Below, piece by piece: positions 8,863-16,613 of a stretch of 64,000 nucleotides of DNA. How positions within the stretch are numbered: position 1 is the first letter of the stretch; the number at the start of each line of letters is the position of its first letter. Where the stretch lies: NCBI GenBank assembly GCA_963785335.1, contig CAWAUW010000002.1, forward strand, positions 78,167-142,166. Reading direction: 5' to 3'. The translations under genes were made by a program, and so were the position numbers. Under the pieces are notes generated by a model, which was not told the DNA's origin, made no database searches, and saw nothing but the letters and a program-made list of their open reading frames with translations. The DNA comes from an uncultured Chlamydiales bacterium (lineage in GTDB: Bacteria > Chlamydiota > Chlamydiia > Chlamydiales > FEN-1388).

Positions 8863-10359
8863 CTAAAGCACGCTTTCCAACGAGCTATTTAAAATGTGTT
8901 CTTGCAAAAGACTTTTTTCTCGAAGTTTCTCCTGCCAGTAATGAAGTGCAAATTCAAGCACGGTAATAAGTTGATCCCCAAAGGCAATCATGCCATATCG
9001 CTGCTGCCGAAGGGCTCTAACTAACTCCTCAAGATTTATAATCAAAGTTTCAAGTGATGCTGCCTTGTCCATAAGCTGCTTTAAGAGCAAGCAGGCAAAT
9101 ACTGTGCCAGTCCTGCCATAACCACTCATGCAATGAATAACTGTTTTGCCGGGATTGGCCTTTTCAAGCTCACCAAGTGTTTGCAAAAAAGGCAGCAGCC
9201 GTAAAAGCGTAATGCCGTGCCCATCTACCCAGTCAAGTTGTATCTGATAAACTGTTTTATCATTAATCTGAAACTTGCGCTTAGAGCTTTTATTTAAGGG
9301 GTCAATATCACAGCTTGTACATGATACAGTTATGTTGTCATCATATTTTACCGAGTCATCTTTGTTTTGTGGAAAATAGCCCTTTTTATTCATTTCCTTT
9401 ACCATAACAATTACTGAAACATCGTTATCTAGTATATACTTCCAAAATTGCAAATATTGCCCTTCTTCAGGCTCTTCAGCAGCAATGCGAGTGCGATTAT
9501 CCAGACATTTGATAGGGCTTGCACCATAAAGTTCACAAACATTATGCGTAAATACACTGCCAAAATCTCCCGTCCTTTTCCAATTATTGTCTTCATGCCA
9601 TCCTTCTCGAAAAAGTAATCGGTCTAAAGAAGTTTCTGTCCATCTCTTATTTTGTAAATCATCTAATGAATAACAATGTCTACTCATTTTTTGTGAACTA
9701 AGCACCCCTTGATAATGAGTCCTATCAACTGAAGATTCAGGTTCTTTTGCTACAATCGCTACCAAAGGCATTTGCCTTTGTAAAGAACATACAAGGCCCT
9801 TAAAACTACTAACAGGCCAAGGATCAAGTTCTCCTGAAAGCGTTCCCTTTAGATTAAGTGCGCTCAAAGATGTAAGAGCTTTCCAATGGCGCTCATAAGG
9901 AGCGGTGTGCAAATGCGATCTTTCTAAACAAAGATACTGCAATTTCTCAAAGGCAGAAGGAATTTGCAAAAAATCGCCAACTATCTGGGCGTTGATAATA
10001 GTAAGCGATGTTAGTGTTGTAACAGCTTTTTTTTCTGGAAAAGCCACTACCTTTCCTACATCTGCATCATCTTTACCACGCAGCGAAAGCTCCTGAAGCT
10101 TGCTGCACGTCAAAAATACACTAAGCGGAAGATCGCATGTCATATGAAGTGCTACATCAATAACTTGAACCACATTTGCAAGCTTTACAAGTGGTATAAA
10201 ATGATCAGGCGTTAAGGGCATTTCAATAAAAAGATGGGTAACTGTTTTTAACCGGTCATAATAAGTAGGCAAATTAGCAAGCGTTTCGTCTTTGGGAATG
10301 CGCACTTCAGAGGGTTCTGTAATTGTTAAAGTTGCTAACGCTTGTGTTGCTTCAATCAT
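8863..10359 (-). CDS. leucine-rich-repeat protein fused to a classical protein tyrosine phosphatase domain
   Basis: The N-terminal half has LRR-like LxxLxL units (LQELSLRG, LTSLTIIN, LQYLCLERS, LSALNLKG). The C-terminal half has the PTP signature VIHCMSGYGRTG (HCx5R[ST]) and a WPD-like loop LDWVDGHG. Start set at ATG 10359; the ORF track begins at an upstream TTG at 10377. Confidence 0.8.
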   Translation of the reverse strand: MIEATQALATLTITEPSEVRIPKDETLANLPTYYDRLKTVTHLFIEMPLTPDHFIPLVKLANVVQVIDVALHMTCDLPLSVFLTCSKLQELSLRGKDDADVGKVVAFPEKKAVTTLTSLTIINAQIVGDFLQIPSAFEKLQYLCLERSHLHTAPYERHWKALTSLSALNLKGTLSGELDPWPVSSFKGLVCSLQRQMPLVAIVAKEPESSVDRTHYQGVLSSQKMSRHCYSLDDLQNKRWTETSLDRLLFREGWHEDNNWKRTGDFGSVFTHNVCELYGASPIKCLDNRTRIAAEEPEEGQYLQFWKYILDNDVSVIVMVKEMNKKGYFPQNKDDSVKYDDNITVSCTSCDIDPLNKSSKRKFQINDKTVYQIQLDWVDGHGITLLRLLPFLQTLGELEKANPGKTVIHCMSGYGRTGTVFACLLLKQLMDKAASLETLIINLEELVRALRQQRYGMIAFGDQLITVLEFALHYWQEKLREKSLLQEHILNSSLESVL

Positions 10360-10438
10360 TTGATAACCTTTTCCCAAATTTTAGCGGGTGATAATAGGGG
10401 ATTTACCAATAAAACTGCACATAAATTAATTATAAATA

Positions 10439-10821
10439 GGGGTCAGGTCTGGATGAAACGAATAGCTCTTTAAAGAATAACATCAACGAATTTATCCCCC
10501 GAAATCTACTCCTTTTTTTTCCGCAGCCGTGCAATACCGTTCACTTAATTAAAATCTAGAGAGAAAAAAATGATAAAAACGATAGAACGATAATAACGAT
10601 AAAACATAAAAAATTAAATTTCTTAACAGCTCATCTGCCGCTAAAATCTTAGTCATTTTTTATCGTTTTTATCGTTCTATCATTCTATCGTTTTACCTTT
10701 GATAGTAGAATTAATTGAACGGTATTGCGCTGCCGTGGGAACAACAGAACCAAATCTAGGAGGATTTTAGAGAGAAAAACCATCTTGTTTTAGGCTATTT
10801 GTTTCACTCCAGGTCTGGGGC
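10439..10821. repeat. composite nested palindromic element (three layers)
   Basis: Outer layer: ggggtcaggtctggatgaaacgaatagc / gctatttgtttcactccaggtctggggc. Middle layer: ccgcagccgtgcaataccgttcacttaatt / aattaattgaacggtattgcgctgccgtggg. Inner layer: the GATAAAACGAT-word palindrome shared with 8655-8850. Confidence 0.8.
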
Positions 10822-10837
10822 TGTTAAACATTAAAGT

Positions 10838-11551
10838 TTATTGCTTGCAGCAGGATGCGATTGCTTCTTTTAAATCAGGTATTGCTAATAAGGCGCGAAA
10901 GTGTGCTTCAAGATCTGGAATCTGAAGTTTCATTTCTCGTTCTTGATTTTGGGACCAGGTATTGTTTTTAATATCATTAAAAAACAAAGGGACTTCTTCG
11001 TTTTGTTTAAGCCAGCCGCTTTGGCTGATGATCTCAGAAAACTGACGAGCGCTAATCACGTCTGTGACATTGCGCAAGTCTTCAACTTTTTTATTTAACC
11101 ACTCCAAGCATTGCTTTGGTGTGCTTATGCTAAGTGCACTTTCTATCAAAGCTGTAATGTACTGACCATTGAAACGAGTAATTGGATTTTCAATACCATA
11201 CCAGGTCTTCCAAATAGTATATTGAATCATAGTAATACAAAGTTTTGGATGATCCTTTATTTTATCAAGCGGCACTGCTGCAAATTTGCTATTTTCATAC
11301 CTATACTCTTTTGCATTTCGCTCTTCTTCTCTTAGTGTTCCAGGTTCAGATTTTTTAGGAGCACAAGCTGCTTCATATATAGAATAAGTCGTCTTTTCTA
11401 AATTGCCAAAGCTAACGCAACGCCTAAGGGCTGGTTTTTTTACATGTGCTTCTTGCTCATTTTCAAAACTTTCACTGCGCTTAAGCGCAGATTTTTTCGG
11501 TGCGACCTGGTAAACAGAACTTGCTGCCGACTGTAAAGATACAGAACTCAA
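10838..11551 (-). CDS. hypothetical protein (237 aa)
   Basis: Long ORF with a TTG start preceded by GGGG. I recognise no domain. The N-terminus carries duplicated ALKRSESFEN / ALRRCVSFGN motifs. Confidence 0.55.
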   Translation of the reverse strand: MSSVSLQSAASSVYQVAPKKSALKRSESFENEQEAHVKKPALRRCVSFGNLEKTTYSIYEAACAPKKSEPGTLREEERNAKEYRYENSKFAAVPLDKIKDHPKLCITMIQYTIWKTWYGIENPITRFNGQYITALIESALSISTPKQCLEWLNKKVEDLRNVTDVISARQFSEIISQSGWLKQNEEVPLFFNDIKNNTWSQNQEREMKLQIPDLEAHFRALLAIPDLKEAIASCCKQ

Positions 11552-11638
11552 AATAAAACCCCAATAATTTGAGCAATCATAGCATTTCTTACAATAAACG
11601 CACAGTTATTTTTTGATTTTATTTTAATTTCAGAACAT

Positions 11639-12085
11639 CGGGGTCAGGCATTACGACATTCTATAGTTTGGAATGTGAATGTCAGGCCTAACCCAATGTT
11701 GACCCAATGTTTGACCCAAATGTTCATGTTGGGAATCAGGCCTAGGGTGAAACAAATTGAAGATATTCGAAGAAAGCTTTGTCAATTTCCCCTTGATTGT
11801 TGTCCTGAAAGGACAAATTTATTAATAGCCCATGGTAAAACCGTGGGTATAGTTATAAATGAAGATTGAGTCGCTTCGCGACGACTTAATAAATGGGGAG
11901 TAGAATGTTAAGTTAAAATAATAAGCCCCCCTGAAACGACTTAATTTTATTTTACAATAATACCCACGGTTTCACCGTGGGCTATTAATAATTTTGTCCC
12001 TACAGGACAAAAGGCTTTCGTAGTTTGGAAACATAAAAAATCAGAAGCAAATGAACATTGACATTGAACATTGGGGTAACCTGTT
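11639..12085. repeat. composite nested palindromic element in a divergent intergenic region
   Basis: Outer word repeats: acccaatgttgacccaatgtttgacccaaatgttcat / atgaacattgacattgaacattggggt. Inner arms: ttgtcctgaaaggacaaatttattaatagcccatggtaaaaccgtgggtat / atacccacggtttcaccgtgggctattaataattttgtccctacaggacaa. It contains the shared motif cctagggtgaaacaaat. Confidence 0.7.
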
Positions 12086-12176
12086 TCTTTGCTGACGTAA
12101 AAACAAAGAATCTTCATACTTCCTTTATACTTTTATGCGATAAATTTATTAATGTTTATTTAAATAAGGCAATACT

Positions 12177-12572
12177 ATGCAACCATTACAAACAGTAGGA
12201 CAAAGCGGATATGTACCTGAAGCTGAAAAAGTACCTGAAGATGTTCTAAAGGCATTTCAAAAATCTTGCGGAACCTCAGGTGTAAGCATTCTAAAAGCTA
12301 TTGTAAACGTAATTCCTGAAGCTATGAGTATAAGATTTGTGAATACAATTGGTGTTCATGAAATGCACTTTGACTATCCAAACGGGGCAAAGTGCCTTGC
12401 GTGCATGAATGCAATTAATACACTCAATATGCCTTCTGATGCCTGGAAAGTCCTACTACGGAAGACTAACGATAATGTTGTAATCGTAGGATTTACTACT
12501 GAGAGCTTTAGTGACATGGTTAGAATAACTCATTATGGCAATTATGGCAGTCATAACAATATTATAATCTAA
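12177..12572 (+). CDS. hypothetical protein (131 aa)
   Basis: ORF with AAGG upstream of the ATG. No recognisable motif. Confidence 0.45.
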   Translation: MQPLQTVGQSGYVPEAEKVPEDVLKAFQKSCGTSGVSILKAIVNVIPEAMSIRFVNTIGVHEMHFDYPNGAKCLACMNAINTLNMPSDAWKVLLRKTNDNVVIVGFTTESFSDMVRITHYGNYGSHNNIII

Positions 12573-12620
12573 GAGAATTATACAAACTATATGGGGCTAG
12601 ATTCAGTGGTTTCTTTAAAG

Positions 12621-12646
12621 TAAAAAGCGGAGCCCTAGGCTCCGCT
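12621..12646 (-). terminator. stem-loop with a T-run on the minus strand, downstream of paralog C
   Basis: agcggagcc-cta-ggctccgct, flanked by aaaaa on the plus strand, which reads as a U-run for the minus-strand transcript. Confidence 0.5.
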
Positions 12647-12663
12647 AAATGTTAACTAAAAGT

Positions 12664-14556
12664 TTAAGTACCCTCTGAATTACAACAAATGTTAGATCCA
12701 GCCAGTGCCGGATAATCTCCGGGATTTTGTGCAGAGTCTACATTTATGCAATTGGTGCTATTGTTGCAAGCCGTATTAAAATAGGCTTCAACCGGTGTAC
12801 CTGAAGGAAATGATATTCCAGTAGAATTGTTATAGACACTGTTTCCAGAAATATGGTTGCCTGCACTGTCAACTACATTTATACCTACCGTTGAACAGTT
12901 AAAAATTTGACAATTCATAATAGCATTCTTTCCTGTAGTGTTAAGATAAACTCCTACTTCTCCTCCAGAAATAACACAATCCTTCACAACACAAGCTGCA
13001 GCATCTCTCATCTCTACGGTTCTAAAGAATGAAGAAAGCTGACTATTTTCGACAGTGACATTTCTGCCAGCATCAATATATAAAGTATTTGTATTAAAAC
13101 CTTTGATGATAGACTGTCGCACCAGTACATTGCTGTATAGCGCACATTCAGCAATGCCTATATGCAAAGCAGCTGCGCTATAGCCTTCAGTGCCAAATGA
13201 AGATGAGTCTACCACAACATTTTCAATCAGGCAGCCAGCACCATTTGCTAAAAGAATGCCATCAAAATCAATGACTTCTGTAGGATACTTTTTGAAGGTT
13301 GAATTTCTGATGATGGCATCATTTGCAGTATGGGTTTCATCACAATCACCAAGCTGCACAAAGTGAAATGATGAAAAAATATTGGCTTTTACAACGCAGT
13401 GGTCAATCAATAGTCCCTCTACCTGCAATACATTGATAGTGCAAAACCAGTCAAAGAAACTACTGTTAAATATAGAGATATTTTCTGAGGCCAACTCTAC
13501 GTGAATAGCGGTATTCGTTCGAAAAGGATTATAATTTTCAATAGTGGCCGACTGAAAAGTACATGCATCTACAGTAACACCAGTAGAGCCCGCTATCCAG
13601 ATACCCGCACCATTGCCAGATCCGAGCACCAAAAAGCTAGCTGTTGTAGATGGGGGAGGAGTAAGATCTGAGCTTTCATGTGCCTCAAGTAACGAATGCA
13701 GCACTTCAATATCAGTTGAATCTTCTATAAAAATACCTCGGGTAGTATTTTTAGTATAAAGATTTTTAAGCGTTGCTTTATTAACCCTTACCAAATGAAC
13801 TGCAGCACTTGTTGCTGTTTGAAAGATTGTAGAGCCCTGAATGATATCGTTTTCCAGCGTAAATTCACTTACGTCTTGGGCCACGATGCCTTGGGCTAAA
13901 TTATTAGTTAAAGTCAGACTATGATTATGAAAATTAATGGTTACATTATCGGCAGTAACCAAAATGGCTGTGTTTGGGCCATTATACACTAAATCGGTAG
14001 TAACGCAGTACTTACCAGATTCAGAAATAATAACCGGAACCGTGTTAATAACCTTGGTCATCTCACACGGAAATTGTGTTTGCAAAAACTCTAAGAGCTC
14101 AGTAAGTTCATGTTTAATGTCTTCACAGCATTCTTCAAAATCCGAAGCAAGCTCGCTTAGATCGCTACAGGCATCACATGATGATGATGATGAGCTATGC
14201 AAATGAGTCTGCTGCTTTTGCGCTCCAAGCACGGCAATTACTTTTTGAACGCTAGAAAGAGCATTCTTGGTTGTCTCGAGTGTAGCATTTTTACCAGCTC
14301 GACCTACTTGAGCTGCACTTTTAAGTGCTTCTCTAATAATTTTTTGTAATTGAGGATCTTTTACATTTTTTGCCTTAGATTTAAGGCGCGCAACAGCACC
14401 TTCTAGTGAAGTTGCCGTGCGAATTTTCTCTTTATGAAGAGGGTTTGGATCTTTTGCAAAATTTCTGGCAGGTACAGCCTGAAGCTGTGCAGCCATAGTT
14501 ACCGCGCCTAATAGCATAGCTAAAAAGCGAATTTGTGTACAAAAATTGGTGTTCAT
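12664..14556 (-). CDS. secreted parallel beta-helix repeat protein with conserved Cys motifs (paralog C, type 1)
   Basis: Signal peptide MNTNFCTQIRFLAMLLGAVTMAAQLQA. Ser tract, CDACSDLSEL...CCEDIK...FPC, GKYCVT, beta-helix rungs, tail FNTACNNSTNC...AGSNICCNSEGT. Its C-terminal half is most similar to paralog A. Confidence 0.8.
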   Translation of the reverse strand: MNTNFCTQIRFLAMLLGAVTMAAQLQAVPARNFAKDPNPLHKEKIRTATSLEGAVARLKSKAKNVKDPQLQKIIREALKSAAQVGRAGKNATLETTKNALSSVQKVIAVLGAQKQQTHLHSSSSSSCDACSDLSELASDFEECCEDIKHELTELLEFLQTQFPCEMTKVINTVPVIISESGKYCVTTDLVYNGPNTAILVTADNVTINFHNHSLTLTNNLAQGIVAQDVSEFTLENDIIQGSTIFQTATSAAVHLVRVNKATLKNLYTKNTTRGIFIEDSTDIEVLHSLLEAHESSDLTPPPSTTASFLVLGSGNGAGIWIAGSTGVTVDACTFQSATIENYNPFRTNTAIHVELASENISIFNSSFFDWFCTINVLQVEGLLIDHCVVKANIFSSFHFVQLGDCDETHTANDAIIRNSTFKKYPTEVIDFDGILLANGAGCLIENVVVDSSSFGTEGYSAAALHIGIAECALYSNVLVRQSIIKGFNTNTLYIDAGRNVTVENSQLSSFFRTVEMRDAAACVVKDCVISGGEVGVYLNTTGKNAIMNCQIFNCSTVGINVVDSAGNHISGNSVYNNSTGISFPSGTPVEAYFNTACNNSTNCINVDSAQNPGDYPALAGSNICCNSEGT

Positions 14557-14579
14557 TATAGATTCCTTGTATAAATTTT

Positions 14580-16430
14580 TTAATCTTCTATTGGGCAGCA
14601 AACGTTAGATCCTGCTTCAACACCATCGTTTGGTGCTTGCGCTGGATTTACTCCTATGCAGTTTGAAAAGAAGTTATTGCATGAGGTGTTAAAATAAGTT
14701 TCAGTGGTTGCACTTTGATTAAAAATACCATTAGAATTACCAAAAACGCGATTACCTCTAACTTGGTTACTAAAACAAGAAGTATCAATATAAACGCCTG
14801 CATTTCCGCTATTTGTAACTTCGCAGTTTACTATGGCATTGCTCCTGGCAAAATCATCCATAACCACTCCAAACTCACCACCATTTGCAATAAGTGAATC
14901 TTTAATTTGGCAAAAAATAGCTCCGCCTGATTCTCCTCCGCCTTCAAGAAGTACATTTATAAGAGCCGCATCTGTAAATTGGCTATTTGTAAAGGTGATG
15001 TTAAATCCATCTTCAACATAAAGCCCAAAAAGATTTTGCCCACGTACAATGCAATTTATCCCAAGTAAATCGCTATAGGTTAAATGGGGATCACAATCAC
15101 CATTTGCACCGCAGCCAATGTGAAAAGCTGCAGGTAAATAGCTACCTTCACCTTCTGATCCTGAAGTAACATCTACAATTACATTATCAAGCAAGCAGCC
15201 TGAACCTTGATAAAAAAGTAATCCATCAAATTCAGGTATAAATGTATTTTGTATAAATGTTGCATTTCTAATGAGTACATCATTTGCTAGCTCACCCTCA
15301 TTAAAACCACCTATTTGAAGAAGACTTAAATTACTCATTGGAGAAGCAATTGCCAAGCAGTCTTCGATAATAAATCCTGTAACTTGCAAGGCGCTAATTG
15401 AAGTCATCAAGTTTGTAAAAGTATTATTTGACAAAGTGACATTTGCACTATTTGCAAAAATTGATGCACCAATAGATTCGATAGACTCAGCACTACCATC
15501 AAATATGCTGCTATCAATTCTAACGCCGGTGGATGATTCAATGGCAAGGCACACTTCATGAAATTTCATAAACGAATGTTCAACCAATACATCAATTGAA
15601 TTTACGATATTAATGCCAAATGTGGTGTTAAGGGTGTAAATATTACTGAGAGTTGCTTTGTTTACATTTTCAAGATGAATTGCCGCACTTGTAGCTGTTT
15701 GAAACAAGCTTGAGCCTTGAATGATGTCATTTTCGAGGGTAAACTCATTTACATCTTGTACGAGTATGCCTTGGGCATTTGGATCAAGCAGGGTAAGGCT
15801 GTGATTTTCGAAATTAATCGTAACATTATCAGCCTGCACTATAATTGCAGTTGCAGCACCAAAATAGGTAAGATCTTTTGTAACGCAGTATTTACCAGAC
15901 TCAAGTATGGTAAAGGGCACATGATCAATAGCTATTGATGCACCGCATGGAAACTCAGCTTGCAAAACTTCAAGAATATCTAAAATTTCTGCCTTAATTG
16001 CTTTACAGCAGTCATCAATTTCAGATTCAAGCTCGCTAAGCTCTGAGCAAACATTGCACGATGATGAAGATGATGAGCTTGAATGTCTTGCCTTCTTTTG
16101 TTTAAGATATGTCATGGCTTTTTGGACTGTACTTAAAGCCTTTTTTACTGCTTCAGGCTTGGCTTGTCTTCCTGCTTTAATAATTTTTTCTGCATGTTTA
16201 ATGACTTCTTTTACATTTTTGATGGTGGCAGCATCCTGGACACCTTGCATGAGCCTTGAAAGACGTGGCACGTCAGCTTCGAGAGTACCAAGTGTAATTT
16301 TATCTTGGTCATGAAACGCTATTTTGTGACTTTTATGCTTAACATCTTCGTGAGGCCCAGCTTGCAGTGTACTTGATGCCACAACAGCCCCTAAGAGCAT
16401 TGCAGCAAGGCAGAATTTTCCTATATTCAT
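14580..16430 (-). CDS. secreted parallel beta-helix repeat protein with conserved Cys motifs (paralog D, type 2)
   Basis: Signal peptide MNIGKFCLAAMLLGAVVASSTLQA. AKPEAVKKAL helix as in paralog B, SSSSSSSS, CNVCSELSEL...CCKAIK...FPC, GKYCVT, tail FNTSCNNFFSNC...AGSNVCCPIED. The stop is 21 nt upstream of the paralog C start. Confidence 0.8.
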   Translation of the reverse strand: MNIGKFCLAAMLLGAVVASSTLQAGPHEDVKHKSHKIAFHDQDKITLGTLEADVPRLSRLMQGVQDAATIKNVKEVIKHAEKIIKAGRQAKPEAVKKALSTVQKAMTYLKQKKARHSSSSSSSSCNVCSELSELESEIDDCCKAIKAEILDILEVLQAEFPCGASIAIDHVPFTILESGKYCVTKDLTYFGAATAIIVQADNVTINFENHSLTLLDPNAQGILVQDVNEFTLENDIIQGSSLFQTATSAAIHLENVNKATLSNIYTLNTTFGINIVNSIDVLVEHSFMKFHEVCLAIESSTGVRIDSSIFDGSAESIESIGASIFANSANVTLSNNTFTNLMTSISALQVTGFIIEDCLAIASPMSNLSLLQIGGFNEGELANDVLIRNATFIQNTFIPEFDGLLFYQGSGCLLDNVIVDVTSGSEGEGSYLPAAFHIGCGANGDCDPHLTYSDLLGINCIVRGQNLFGLYVEDGFNITFTNSQFTDAALINVLLEGGGESGGAIFCQIKDSLIANGGEFGVVMDDFARSNAIVNCEVTNSGNAGVYIDTSCFSNQVRGNRVFGNSNGIFNQSATTETYFNTSCNNFFSNCIGVNPAQAPNDGVEAGSNVCCPIED

Positions 16431-16613
16431 CTTCGTTTTTCCTTTGGTAGTTGATTCGATAAAAAAAGCGGCGATCTTCAAAAACAAACACGCCGGTTGG
16501 TGGTGAGAATGGATAATTGGCGAATTATTTTGTACAAAGATTTTATACCAATTTCAAAAAAACTGCAGACTTTGCTACACTTCATGGTCACTACACTATT
16601 TAAGGCAAGCCTC

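Noticed and set aside
8697-10700. The regular-looking gataaaacgat / atcgttctatcg units as a possible CRISPR array or iterons
   Set aside because: The units are only 8-11 bp, directly abutting with no spacers, and are arranged as the two arms of an inverted repeat. No cas genes are nearby. They are better explained as word-repeat palindrome arms.
11675-11869. 64-aa ORF in the 11.6-kb intergenic region
   Set aside because: It lies entirely within the composite palindromic element and its sequence simply translates the repeat words.
4606-16314. Numerous 60-105-aa ORFs antisense to, or out of frame within, the four beta-helix genes
   Set aside because: Each lies wholly inside a long ORF whose product is conserved across four paralogs. 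None has an RBS or any conservation of its own.
4644-16487. Beta-helix paralogs as classical chlamydial Pmp autotransporters
   Set aside because: At ~630 aa they end in a short Cys-rich tail, so there is no room for a C-terminal autotransporter beta-barrel. I did not see dense GGA[ILV]/FxxN repeats. I therefore describe them as secreted beta-helix proteins and not as Pmps.
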